Source of the DNA: Squalus acanthias | Taxonomy: Eukaryota | DNA length: 64,000 nt | Reading direction: 5' to 3' | NCBI GenBank assembly: GCA_030390025.1 | Contig: CM059432.1 | Location: forward strand, 148,988,001 to 149,052,000 | The notes under the pieces: model-generated | Seen by the model: the letters and a program-made list of their open reading frames with translations, nothing else | Database searches by the model: none | Told to the model about the DNA's origin: nothing | Part shown: positions 51,551 through 63,830 of the stretch, one piece after another | Numbering within the stretch: the first letter of the stretch is position 1 | Layout of the letters: each line of letters begins with the position of its first letter | Made by a program: the position numbers and the translations under genes

Positions 51551-52287
51551 GGGGCAGAATTTGAGGTCGGTATGACGGCGTGCTCTCAGAGTAGGCCGGC
51601 ATACCGCCTTTGAAATTGACTGCAAGTTCGGGATTTCCGTAAGCGCTTGCGCTAAATCCCAAACTTGCGATCTGTCAAGTTCTGACTTGATGGATCATCT
51701 GCGACTGTGAAATCCTTATCGCTGGCGCAGAATTGGGATAATTGCCCGCCAACTACCTTGCAATTACGCAGGAAAGTTTTACGGCTGGTGCTGTGCCTGT
51801 TTGCACAGCGTAAGGAATGGGGGGATTTGCAGCAGATTGAAATATACACCAGTCATGATAAAAAAATCTTCAAAATAAATATCTATATCCACCAAACTAT
51901 CTTCTGATCCCAACACAACTCGTGGAGACAAATAGGCCATGGGTGAAAACAATCTACCTGGAATGAGACACTGATTTATTTATTCAATCAACTGGGGTGA
52001 GTGAGATACTGATTTATTTATTAATATAACTGGGGCGAGTGAGAATAAAAAATATAGAGTAGGCATCGGAGATTTGTGTTTCCTGATTGGCGCACCGCCC
52101 CACGTTATCCCAGGTACGCTTAAGCACACGGTGCGCCCCTGGGATCCGTGGGCCACTACGCTGCGCACAACTCTGCAGCGAAACAACGCAAGTTTTCGAA
52201 GGTGGCCTTGCACCAGCTCAGTGTGGATTTCTTTCGGAGGTCGGCGGCGTACTTCTTACCTATGCTGCCGACCGCAACTTCAGGGCC
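51551..52287. mobile_element. Related Harbinger-type MITE
   Basis: Ends GGGGCAGAATTTGAGGTCGG and CCGACCGCAACTTCAGGGCC, with AAT on both sides. Confidence 0.75.
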
Positions 52288-52394
52288 AATAAAAGAAATT
52301 GTATAAATGACATAGAATTACACAGAATGTACTGCACAGAAACAGGCCAATCACCCCAACAGGTCTGTGCCGGTGCGCTGGCAGCTTTTATCTG

Positions 52395-52730
52395 AGGTGT
52401 CAATCTGAACATATGAGGCTAGACACTGTGTTTGCAGGCTATTCAATCATAGGGGCATCACACTGGAGAAGCTCGTGTATTCAACTGAAACATCCACTTA
52501 TGTTCACTTTCTTGCGGGAAGGGGTGGAAGAGTCACAGAACAGCCATCAGCAGCACAGAACCTGGCTGATTTGTTTGCCCTTCCTAGCCCTGGGGTAACA
52601 ATGCCCAGAGTGACACCCCACCTACAACTCCAGGACTACTATTAACTCAGCATAGACCTGGGAATCGACCCTGGAATATTATAGTCTGTACTGTTTCGGG
52701 AGAGACTGGGCAGCGTCTTTAACCATGAGG
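52395..52730 (-). mobile_element. Ancient LF-SINE-like relic (related piece near 4420-4630)
   Basis: Minus strand CCAGGGTCGATTCCCAGGTCTATGCTGAGTT. The GGCTGATTT...CCC.CCT.GCCC block is shared with 4575-4605. Confidence 0.4.
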
Positions 52731-54679
52731 TCACTGCAATTTTTGATTTATTTGCCGTGCCAAAATTTGGCAGTTCCTGTTGAATGAACAAGGTAATCAA
52801 AACATCAACATTAAGGAGTTAAGCTTTCAAATATTTGCTTTTTGTTTTACCCTGCCCAACTCAAAGAATAGGCCTTAGAAAAGACCATCCCGTATACCAG
52901 TTCTGTATTTTAAGAAGATTCCTCAGTACAAACTTATAACATCTTTTTTTGATCAAATATCAACAGTCGTGAAACACAAGTCAAATGTAGTGCTGAAAAT
53001 CCCACCACATTGTTGTGAAGAACTGACTGTCTGCCTGTGCCAGCAGTCTTTTGGCTTGGATATCTATGGGTGAACCATCATCAATATGTGGGAAAGGTGA
53101 ACTCTGGGCCTTATTGAATACAGACCTTGGAAACCACTGTCCAAATGTCGTGATATAGAGTTTTTAAAAAAGTATATCTTGACTAACTGTTCATAACTCA
53201 GTAAATATCTCAAAGATAGGTTCTCCCCCCACAATGGATTTGCATCGAGTGCCCAGACCAGCTGAATATTTTTCAGCTCGTACTTGAGAATTCATTTCTT
53301 CATGTCCTCTTGGCCCAGAGGGACCTATTTGTTTTGGGATGCTTTTTAGCTTTGATATGTTATGTTGCTATCAATATTGAGTGTTTTTACACCCATTTCA
53401 GTGTAATGACGGCTGGGATCACCATTGGGAAATTATTACCTTTTCTTGTTCTTGTCTACTTAGTTTCAACTTCATGTTTTTTTGATTGAAAATCTTATAT
53501 AAAAAGTAAAACAATATTTTCACACTTTTCTGATGTATATTTAAAATAACAATTAAAATGAGCAGACTGTCGTACATAAAATGCATAAAACTCGAGGACT
53601 GAGTACCCTTCAAAGTCGAGGAGAGTGGGTGGATAAATAAGAAACTAAAGATACAAACGTACAAGGAAAGGGAAACAGCCATGTCATTGTTTGAATAAGC
53701 CTAATTGTAGGCCCGTGATAAAAGTAAAAAGGAAGATCCAGCTGCACATTCCTCCACGGATATATTCTGATGTGACAGAGAACCGGTTGAGTGAGTATGC
53801 TAAATATTTCCTGTTTCTTTTCTCAAATACATCTTTAGAGGGCTTCACTTCCCTCAATTTAGGTTCCACTGGTGAACGAAGCATTAGTGCTGCCAATTCT
53901 CCCTGGAATTCACCAGGCTCAGTGTTACTGGTAAAGCTGGTAACAACGTATTTAAATAGTCTTTTCGCTCACCTACATAAACTATCTTTCAAATCTACAG
54001 ATGTCAGAGGATAAACTGCAGAGTCCATGATTACATACACGGTGTGCAAAATTAGTTCATCTCAGGTGATAGGCTAATTGTAACACAGCCATTGCCCTTT
54101 CTAAAAACTGCTACGTTTCCTACTCCTGACAGTTGTCCAGTGACTTCTGTTGACAAGTGTACGGTTGCACTGAGAGACACAGCATGGGGCCCATCTGTGA
54201 TGCCCCGCAAAGATAGACAGACAATCTACGAACACTCATTATCCAGGTTCTCATATTTTCATAAAAAATATAGGTGTAAAGCGTTGTATCAACAAAACAA
54301 TGTGAAGAGACAGTTATGTTAAATCAACGCTTAAAATCTATAAATTTCTAGTCAAACAGGACACTAACACAGTATCAAGAACACCCCTAATTGCAGCACA
54401 ACCAATTCTCTAGGTTATTTGTCACACAAGTCTGCTAGCCACAGATTGTGATGAATCTCCAGGTGAAGCACACTAGCATTTTGTAACTTCTAATTAGGAT
54501 ACAAAGAATCCAAATGGCAGTTTATCTTCAAAAGCTACCCAAAAATACAATAAAAGTTATATTCCCTTCAAAATTAAGTTGAGCTGTTTCATTGGTTTGG
54601 TGGGTAAATACCCTATTTTGCCAAGACTGGCAACAACAATATGCGTCATTAACTCCACCGCTGCTATTAATGTAACCCT

Positions 54680-54960
54680 ATATCCTTGAAAAAGTGCAAC
54701 ATCCCCACTGACACCTGGGAATCCCTGGCCCAAGACCAAAGTGGAAGAGAAACATCCGGGAAGGCGCCAAACACCTCGAGTCTCTTCGCCGGGAGTAAGC
54801 GCAAGGAGTGCACGTCAACCCAAACACCCCACCCACCCGCCGTCTGCCCCACCTGTGACAGAGACTGTAGGTCCCGCATTGGACTCATCAGTCATCTGAG
54901 AACTCATTTTTTATGTGGAAGCAAGTCATCCTCGGTTCCGCGGGACTGCCTAATTAGATG
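54680..54960 (+). mobile_element. RTE-clade LINE 3' end
   Basis: CNIPTDTWESLAQD...CPTCDRDCRSRIGLISHLRTH, a C2H2-like C-terminus typical of RTE/BovB. Confidence 0.8.
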
Positions 54961-55062
54961 ATATTGGCCAATGAGAGAAATGCTTAGAAATTTCTAATGA
55001 GTGTCCTTCCTCATAGTGATGAGTGAGCTAACACCACAATACTGAAGCATCCCATCGAGCAA

Positions 55063-55248
55063 TAACATAAAAAATAGGAATAGGCCATGTGGCCCCTCGA
55101 CCTTGCTCCGCCATTCAATAAGATCATGGCTGATCTTCTACCACAACTCTATTTTCCCATTCCCATATCACTTGATTCATTTAGTGCTCAAAATGTATCA
55201 CTCTCAGTCTTGAATATACTCAACAACTGAGCATCCACAGCCCTCTGA
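55063..55248 (-). mobile_element. CR1 3' tail
   Basis: CTCCGCCATTCAATAAGATCATGGCTGATC. Confidence 0.8.
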
Positions 55249-55567
55249 ATAAGTACCAATTAGAAACTCAGTAGGAGGATAGTGAAGATTGTGATTCAAA
55301 CATAAGCACCAGCTAAACACTCTTCACTACTGGGCTCCAGAAACTAAACATCCAGAGAGAAATCCTGACACAGAATCACACACCCATCTTTTATTTTGCA
55401 GGATGAGTATGTCAAATATCACCGTGAACGAAATCATCTCAGAACACAAATAAGAGAAGTATTCTCGTCCATCCTTATGGTACAGACTGTTGAGCTTCGT
55501 TCCTTTCCTTTCTAAAATAAATCGCAACAAAACTTTTGCTATGACAGTGTCCTGAGTGATCTACTCG

Positions 55568-55893
55568 AAGGAAGAAAGCAAGCCAAGAAAGAAAGGTAGG
55601 AAGAAAGAAAGTTAGAAAGAAAAGTAGAAAGAAAAGTAGAAAGGTAGAAAGAAAGAAAAGGTAGAAAGAAAGAAAAGGTAGAAAGAAAGAAAAGGTAGAA
55701 AGAAAGGTAGGAAGAAAAACTAGAAAGAAAGGTAGAAAGAAAGGTAGGAAGAAAGAAAAACTAGAAAGAAAGGTAGAAAGAAAGGTAGAAAGAAAGGTAG
55801 GAAGAAAGAAAAACTAGAAAGAAAGGTAGGAAGAAAGAAAGGTAGGAAGAAAGGTTAGGAAGGAGGAAAGATAAAAGAAAGGTAGGAAGAAAG
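55568..55893. repeat. Purine-rich simple repeat (AGAA/AGGT variants) in GOLGA4 intron 1
   Basis: About 325 bp almost entirely A/G on the + strand. Confidence 0.9.
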
Positions 55894-56019
55894 ACACAGG
55901 TGAGAATGTGAGGAGGAGGGTTTTGAAAACCCCCTGAGCTTATGCCCACCTTGTGAGGGTCCCATCCAGATGTGCCAGAACTGACCCACTGCTCCGAGGG
56001 ACCTCACCTGGAAGGTCTC

Positions 56020-56590
56020 GGGAGGACCCGGACTTCCCCCCGTTGCTCCTCCCTCCCTTTAAACAGACGTGGCCCGGCCTGTCGAGTTGAAAGCTGCGGG
56101 CCTGAGGCCGGTCAGTGACGGGGCTCCAGGCCGCTCGCCACCCCCTCCCCCGGGGGGCCTGCACTGCTGTGGCCGCCCCGCCAGTGATGAGGGGGGCCCC
56201 CGGGTCCCGCCATACCCGCGGGCGGGCGGGCCCACTCCTGATCCCGGGCCTGCCCTCCGGCCTCCCTCACCTGGGCTTGGCTGCTCCGGGCCGGAGACTG
56301 CTCCTCGTTAATCTTCTGCTTGAGTTTCTTGAACATGGCGGCGGCTGCTGTGCGAGGATCAGCGAGGAATGCGCTGCTACCACTGCCCGCCCCCGGTGCT
56401 TGTCACTCGGCCAGCTCCCCGGCTCCAGGCCGCGGCTTCTCCTCTCCGGCTCCGGCTCCCGCTCCCGCTCCGGCCAGCGCGCAAGCGCAGGCGCCGCCGC
56501 CGACGTGGACCAAGCTGCGCGAGGCGGAGGAGAGCGATCCCCGGTCAGGCCGCCAGAGGCGCTGTCCTCACCCCCCGCACCAGCACCTGG
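56020..56590 (-). promoter_or_regulatory. GOLGA4: CpG island covering the GOLGA4 promoter, 5'UTR and exon 1
   Basis: Very GC- and CpG-rich block with GGGCGG boxes around the start codon, in an otherwise AT-rich, CpG-poor region. Confidence 0.85.
56271..56336 (-). CDS. GOLGA4: GOLGA4 coding exon 1 (MFKKLKQKINEEQSPARSSQAQ)
   Basis: MFKKLKQKI.EEQ is the N-terminus of golgin-245 as I recall it. Kozak context GCCGCCGCCATG, donor CAG|GTGAGG, 66 nt, inside a CpG island. Confidence 0.95.
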
Positions 56591-56593
56591 CTG

Positions 56594-57462
56594 GGCACCA
56601 GGTGAGGGGGTGAGATTCACCAGGTGAGAGGGCACCAGGTGAGATTCACCAGGTGCGGGGGCACCAGGTGAGGGGGTGAGATTCACCAGGTGAGAGGCAC
56701 CAGGTGAGGGGGTGAGATTCACCAGGTGAGAGGGCACCAGGTGAGGGGGTGAGATTCACCAGGTGAGAGGCACCAGGTGAGGGGGTGAGATTCACCAGGT
56801 GAGAGGCACCAGGTGAGGGGGTGAGATTCACCAGGTGAGAGGGCACCAGGTGAGAGGGTGAGATTCACCAGGTGAGAGGCACCAGGTGAGGGGGTGAGAT
56901 TCACCAGGTGAGAGGCACCAGGTGAGGGGGTGAGATTCACCAGGTGAGAGGCACCAGGTGAAGGGGGTGAGATTCACCAGGTGAGAGGGCACCAGGTGAG
57001 AGGGTGAGATTCACCAGGTGAGAAGGCACCAGGTGAGGGGGTGAGATTCACCAGGTGAGGGGGTACCAGGTGAGATTCACCAGGTGCGGGGGTGAGATTA
57101 ACCGGGTGAGGGGGTGAGATTCACCGGGTGAGGGGGCTGAGATTCACCAGGTGAGGGGGTACCAGGTGAGATTCACCAGGTGAGGGGGTACCAGGTGAGA
57201 TTCACCAGGTGAGGGGGTACCAGGTGAGATTCACCAGGTGTGGGGGCACCAGGTGAGGGGGTGAGATTAACTGGGTGAGGGGGCTGAGATTCACCAGGTG
57301 AGGGGCACCGGGTGAGGGTGGTGAGATTCACCGGGTGAGGGGGGTGAGATTCACCGGGTGAGGCGGCTGAGATTCACCGGGTGTGGGGGTGAGAGTTACC
57401 GGGTGAGGGGGGTGAGATTCACCGGGTGTGGGGGTGAGAGTCACCGGGTGAGGGGGCTGAGA
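56594..57462. repeat. Minisatellite, unit about 36 bp (CACCAGGTGAGGGGGTGAGATTCACCAGGTGAGAGG), degenerating distally to shorter units
   Basis: Visible tandem repeat; translates as a repeating 12-aa HLVNLTPSPGAS. Confidence 0.95.
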
Positions 57463-57809
57463 CCAACCCACCAGGATTGTCCTGGACTCTCCAAGAACTA
57501 AAGATTAATCTTTGGGACACTGCCTGGAGCAACCTGGCAGAAAAGCCATAGGGGCTTTAAAACAAATTGTCTTTTTTTAATTTTCTTTGATCACTTTCAT
57601 TTGTAAGTTGTGAAAGTATTGGAGATAGAAAAATGTTTGACTGGCAGTTAAAAATCATCCAATGGAGATCAAGGAGTCTGTTCATTTCCAATTGGCATGG
57701 GATGGACATGTCAGGTGACCAATGGCAGGAGGATGGGGGCGGAGAAGCTGGAGGTGGGAGGTCATGTGATGGAACCTCCCAGAATACCTCCAACCAGAGT
57801 TGCCAACCC
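57463..57809. mobile_element. Probable small DNA-transposon remnant (GGGTTG(G/C)CAAC-type ends)
   Basis: Starts CCAACCC and ends GAGTTGCCAACCC; the left end is eroded by the minisatellite. Confidence 0.4.
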
Positions 57810-58145
57810 GAGATTCACCAGCAGAAAGGCTGCATACGTCATAAGCATGTGCGTGGGTTCAGTTTTCACATCAGACGACGTCACTATTTGTTAAAAAACA
57901 ATATGTCCCAGGCTGATCTAGCTGCCAAATCTGCTCCATGTGGTATTGGGCTTCAGCCAAACTACTGCAGCTGTCAGTTCTTGCATCCTTTTGCTGTCAT
58001 TGATTTTTACCGAATTGATTTAATTTGTAGCACTCTTACATCTGAGTCAGGAGTTTTTGAGTTTACACCCTACTCCAAGTCTTGAGCACATAAACTAGAC
58101 TGACACCTAAGGATAAGACATTTAGCTAAGCCCACCCCATCCCGA

Positions 58146-58633
58146 AGGTTCACTAGATTGATCCCTGGGATGAGAGGGCTGTCCTATGAGGAGAGATTGT
58201 GTAGAATTGGCCTATACTGTCTGGAGTTTAGAAGAATGAGAGGTGATTTCATTGAAACATTTCAGATTCTGAGGGGGATTGACAGGGTAGATGCTGAGAG
58301 GTTGTTTCCCCGGGCTGGAGAGTCTAGAACTAGGGGGCATAGTCTCAGGATAAGGGGTCGGCCATTTAAGACTGAGATGAGGAGGAATTTCTTCACTGAG
58401 GGTTGTGAATCTTTGGAATTCTCTGCCCCAGAGGGCTGTGAATGCTGAGTCTTTGAGTATATTCAAGGCTGAGATAGATAGATTTTTGGACTCTAGGGGA
58501 ATCAAGGGATATGGAGATGGGGCGGGAAAGTGGAGTTGGGGTCGATGATCAGCCATGATCTTATTGAATGGCGGAGCAGGCTCGAGGGGCCGTATGGCCG
58601 ACTCCTGCTCTTATTTCTTATGTTCTTATGTTC
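58146..58633 (+). mobile_element. CR1 3' end inserted into a SacSINE1-like SINE (58030-58110 and 58640-58880)
   Basis: CR1 ORF2 C-terminus and tail, with SINE head and tail pieces on either side. Confidence 0.8.
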
Positions 58634-59399
58634 TCTTGCCTATCCAGGTGGACAGTAAAGATTCCATAACGCTATTTGAAGAGAAGGGAGATCTGCTGCT
58701 GTGCTGCCTGATGTTCTTACCTCAACCAACACTAACAAAAATAAATGAAGGGGGATGAGTTTGTGCTTAAAATGGCTGCTGCAGTAACAGTGACTGACAG
58801 AAGCACTTCATCATATGTGAAGCACTTTGGGGCATCTTGAATGATGATAAGATGCTCTGAGAAGTGCAGGTTCCTACACTTCTTGAATTTGTATAACTTG
58901 ACTGAAATAGTGTTTCAATTATACTTGTATAATAATTCTATCCTGGTTTTTTGAGGTTGGCAGCTGTTCACACCCCCTCTCAGCTGTGTGTATATTAATT
59001 TGTTTAAATGCAACCCTTGGCACTAAACTTGTCATCATTATTAATGACTTGTCTGTAATGTTAAAAATATTGAATAGAAAGGTTATTTTTGAATGCTGCC
59101 CTGGGGAAAAACATTCCTTCAATGCTTCAAAAAGTTTCAGAATTTAGCAAACGTGGACCAAGATTTTCTTCTTCCTGTGGAACTTTTAACCTTTTACTTG
59201 CCAAAATTCTAACATCAACTTTTAACTCGAGTAACTTAATCCAAAAAAGGGACAAAAGCACCTCCCAGACGCACAAGCACATCCATCGAGAAGGACAAGA
59301 GCTCTAAAGTCATGGGATCACCCTCCAAGTCACGCACCATCCTCAGGTTGAATCCATTATTAAGGAAATGGTACCCCAAATCCCTACCCCAACCCTTTA

Positions 59400-60395
59400 G
59401 CACTCCTTGACCTTCCTACTCTCCTGCTGCTGTCCCAGGCTTGACTCCCTCTTAGATAAGCCCACAGCTTCCCCCTGTGCCTCCCATGGCATCCTCCGAA
59501 GGGCCCATCGAGGCACTCGTCGCTGCCTCCTTATGAGCAGCAACCCCAACTGCCCCATCCTCTCTTGCCTAGCTTCTCGCCCAGCGCGCCCCCGGGGGCT
59601 AATCTTGCCAATGTCCTTCCCGTCCCACACACCCCTCCAATGCTGACCCTGTGGACTCTGCCAGCACAACAGCTATCACCTACTCTCTCCACATCTCCCT
59701 CCAGAATGTCAGTTCATTAGTGAACAAAGCACTTGCCTACCATGAGCTTATTGTGGATGATTGCATCGACATCATAGCCTTGACGGAAACCTGGCTGACG
59801 GGTGATGCCACCTTCCTCCTCAATGAAGCCTCCCTGCCTGGCTATACCTTCCACCACTTGCCCTGCCGAGGTGGTGGTGTGGCTCTTATCACCAAATCAC
59901 ATCCTGGTCTGTCCCCTACTCCTCAGACACCTTCTCCTGTAAACATCTCACCTTGATCCATACCCTCGCCTATTCTTTAAAATCCTTGTTCTCTGTCGAC
60001 CACCCAAGTACCACGATATAATCTCACCATGATATCTTCACTGTTTTCCTCCCTCAGCCTCTCCACCAAGTGAATTCTCACCCTGGGTAATTTCAACCTC
60101 CATCTCAACTCACTATGCCCTCTCTCCTCTGAGTTTACTGCTTTCCAATTCCCGCCTTAATCTCTCTCTCCATATAAACTCCCCTACTCATGTTCATGGC
60201 CACCCCTCGACCTTGTCATCTCGTGTGGCCTCTCTACTCCCATCTGGAATTCCCTCCCTAAACCTCTCTGTCTCTCTATCTCTCTTTCTTCCTTCAAGAC
60301 GCTCCTTAAAACCGACCTCTTTCATCTGTCCTATTATTTCCTGATGTGGCTCTATGCCAGATTTTGTTTTATAACATTCCTGTGAGGCGCCTTGA
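59400..60395 (+). mobile_element. L2-type LINE, EN domain plus deleted 3' part
   Basis: SLQNVSSLVNK...DIIALTETWL...RGGGVALI; L2 tail remnant at 60245-60395. Confidence 0.75.
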
Positions 60396-61953
60396 GGATG
60401 GGGATATTCATGGAGCCTCCTCCTCCCGTTAGCTGTTTAATGGTCCACCACCATTCACGACTGGAAGTGGCAGGACTGCAGAGCTTTGATCTGATCCGTT
60501 GATTGTGGGATCACTTACCTCTCTTAGCATGCTGCTTCTGCTGTTTAGCATGCATGTAGTCCTGTGATGCAGCTTCCCCAGGTTGGCACCTCATTTTTAG
60601 GTACACCTGGTGCTGCTCCTGGCATGCTCTTCTACACTCCTCATTGAATTAGGGTCGGTTGCTTGGCTTAATGGCAATGGTAGAGTGAGGGATATGCCGG
60701 GCCATGAGGTTACAGATTGTGGTGGAATACAATTCTGCTGCTGTTGCTGATGGCCCACAGCGCCTCATGGATGCCCAGTTTTGAGCTGCTAGATCTGTTC
60801 TGAATTGATCCCATTTAGCACAGTGGTCGTGCCACACAAGACGATGGAGGGTGTCCTTTGTGTGAAGACGGGACTTCGTCTCCAAAAGGACTGTGTGGTG
60901 ATCACTGCTACCAATGCTGTTGTGGACAGATGCATCTGCGACAGGTAGATTGGTGAGGACGAGGTCAAGTAGGTTTTTCCCTTGTGTTGGTTCTCTCACC
61001 ACCTGTCGCAGGCCCAGTCTGGCAGCTATATCCTTCAGGTCTCGGCCAGCTCGTTCAGTAGTGGTGCTACCGAGCCACTCTTGGTGATGAACATTGAAGT
61101 CCCCCACCCAGAGTACATTCTGCCCCCTTGCTACCCTCAGTGCTTCTTCCAAATGGTGTTCAACATGGAGGAGTACTGATTCATCAGCTAAGGGAGGGCG
61201 GTAGGTGGTAATCAGCAGGAGGTTTCCTTGCCCATGCTTGACCTGAAGCCATGAGACTTCATGGGGTCCGGAGTCAATGTTGAGGACTCCCAGGGCCACT
61301 CCCTCCCGACTGTATACCACAGTGCTGCCACCCCTGGTGGGTCTGTCCTGCCGGTGGGACAGGACATACGCAGGGATGGTGATGAAGGAGTTTGGGACAT
61401 TGGCTGAAAGGTATGATTCTGTGAGAATAACTATGTCAAGCTGTTGCTTGACTAGTCTGTGGGACAGCTCTCCTAATTTTGGCACAAGTCCCCAGATGTT
61501 AGCGAGGAGGACTTTGCAGGGTCGACTGGGCTGGGTGCGTCGTTGTCGTGTCCGAAGCCGGTGCCGAGGTCGATGCCGGGTGGTCCGTCCGGTTTTATTC
61601 TTATTATTGTTTCTTGTAGCGGTTTGTTACAACTGAGTGACTTGCTAGGCCATTTCAGAGGGCAGTTAAGAGTCAACCACATTGCTGGGGTCTGGAGTCA
61701 CGTACAGGCCAGACCGGGTAAGGACAGCAGGTTTCTTTCCTTAAAGGACATTAGTGAACCAGATGGGTTTTTACGACAATCTGGTAGTTTCATGGTCACC
61801 ATTACAGATACTAGCTTTTTATTCCAGATTTATTTAACTGAATTTAAATTCCCCAGCTGCCGTGGTGTGATTTGAACTCACGTCCCTGGATCATTAGTCC
61901 AGGCCTCTGGATTACAAGTCTAGTAACATAACCACTGTGCTACCGTTCCCGTC
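60396..61953 (-). mobile_element. 5' part of a LINE: tRNA-derived head, Arg-rich leader and APE endonuclease
   Basis: A box at 61932-61942 and B box at about 61869-61877. VLLANIWGL, DIVILTES, YRPP, GDFN, LDLVLTN and SDH motifs in one open frame (61626-60649). Confidence 0.88.
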
Positions 61954-61984
61954 AAAGTCCTTGAATGTGTTGTCGCCTCCCAAA

Positions 61985-63830
61985 TATTCAAGGCTGAGAT
62001 AGATATATTTTTGGACTCCAGAGGAATCGAGGGATATGGGGATCGGGTGGGAAAGTGGAGTTGAGGTCGATGATCAGCCATGATCTTATTGAATGGCGGA
62101 GCAGGCTTGAGGGGCCGTATGGCCTACTCCTGCTCCTATTTCTTATGTTCTTATCTGTGCCTATCTTTCCGGCAACACCATGTTTGAATCCCTCCAATCA
62201 GGTTTCTGCCCTTGCCACAGTACTTAAACAGCCATGATCAAAGTCACAAATGCCATGCTATGTGACTGTGACCATGGTAAACTATCCCTTCTCACCTTTT
62301 TCGACCTGTCTACAGCCTTTGACATGGTTGGCCACACCAGTCCGCACCAATGCCTCTCCTCTGCCGCCAAGCTAATGGAATGATGGCCTTTACAACTCGA
62401 GGGCTAGAATATAAACAGGAGGAATATAAGCAGCTATACAAAGCCCGAGATAGACCACATCTGGAGTACTGTGTACAGCTGGGCATTGCACCTTGGGGGG
62501 TCTAGAATGAGGGGTCACAGTCTCAGGATACGGGGTAGGCCATTTAGGACTGAGATGAGGAGAAATTTCTTCACTCAGAGGGTGGTGAGCCTGTGGAATT
62601 CTCTACCACAGAAGGCTGTGGAGGCCAAGTCACTGAATATATTTAAGAAGGAGATAGATTGATTTCTGGACACAAAAGGCATCAAGGGGTATGGGGAGAG
62701 AGCGGGAATATGGTATTGAGACAGAGGATCAGCCATGATCATATTGAATGGCGGAGCAGGCTCGAAGGGCCGAATGGCCTACTCCAGCTTCTATTTTTTT
62801 CTATGTTTTTCTTTCTAGAAAGGATATATAGGCCTTGGAAGGAGTGCAGCGCAGATTCACCAGAATATTACTAGGGCTCCAAGGGTTATATTATGAGGAT
62901 AGATTACACAAACAGGACTTGCATTCTCTGGAATATAAAAGGTTAGATTGAGGTATTTTCGGATTTTGAAAGGAATTGATAGGGTAGACAGAGAGAAACT
63001 TTTTCCGCTGGTGGGGGTTTCTTGGATAAGTGGACGTAACCACAGCGCGTACTCACCCGACAAGAGCCGAATTTCTGGCCCAATATGATTAGACAGAGTC
63101 AACATTATTTTATGAAAGGGAAATTGTGTTTAACAAATTTATTAGTTTTTTGAGAATGTAACTAGCAGGGTAGATGAATGAGAACAAATGGATGTAGTAT
63201 ATTTTGGATTTCCAAAAGGCATTCAATAAGGTGCCACATAAAAGGTTGCTGCACAAGATAAGGGCTCATGGGATTTGGGGTAATATATTAGCATGGATAG
63301 AGGATTGGTTAACGGACAGAAAGCAGAGAGTAGGAATAAACAGGTAATTTTTAGGTTGGCAGGCTAGTGGGGTGCTGCAAGGATCAATGCTTGGGCCTCA
63401 GCTATTTACAATCTATATTAATGACTTAGATGAAGGGACTGAGTGTAATGTATCCAAGTTTGCTGATGATACAAAGCTAAGTGGGACAGTAAGCTGTGAG
63501 AAGAACACAAGAGTCTGCACAGGGATACAGGCAGGTTAAGTGAGTGGGCAGTAAGGTGGCAGATGGAGTATAATGTCGGGAAATGTGAGGTTATTCACTT
63601 GGGAAGGAAGAATAGAAAAACAGAATATTTTTTAAATGGTGAGAAACGATTAAATGTTGGTGTTCAGAGAGATTTAGGTGTCTTCGTACAGGAAACACAA
63701 AGAGTTAGCATGCAGGTACAGCAAGCAATTAGGAAGGCAAACAGCATGTTGGACTTTATTGCAAGAGGTTTGGAGTATAAGAGTGAAGAAGGCATTCGAT
63801 AATTGTACAGGGTCTTGGTGACACCACAGC
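61985..63830 (+). mobile_element. Cluster of CR1 fragments and tails, with a short L2 RT piece at 62155-62370
   Basis: Several canonical tails and RT remnants ([22 protein letters not shown]). Confidence 0.8.
63030..63081. mobile_element. Terminal fragment of the 26644-type MITE family
   Basis: CACAGCGCGTAC.CACCCG...GAATTTCTGGCCC+AAT resembles 27357-27401. Confidence 0.55.

Noticed and set aside
56115..56940. Long GC-rich and repetitive ORFs (e.g. HLVNLTPSPGAS repeats)
   Set aside because: These are by-products of the CpG island and minisatellite; only 56336-56271 has homology and splice support.
56594..57462. CRISPR-like array
   Set aside because: The units are contiguous with no unique spacers, there are no cas genes, and the context is vertebrate.
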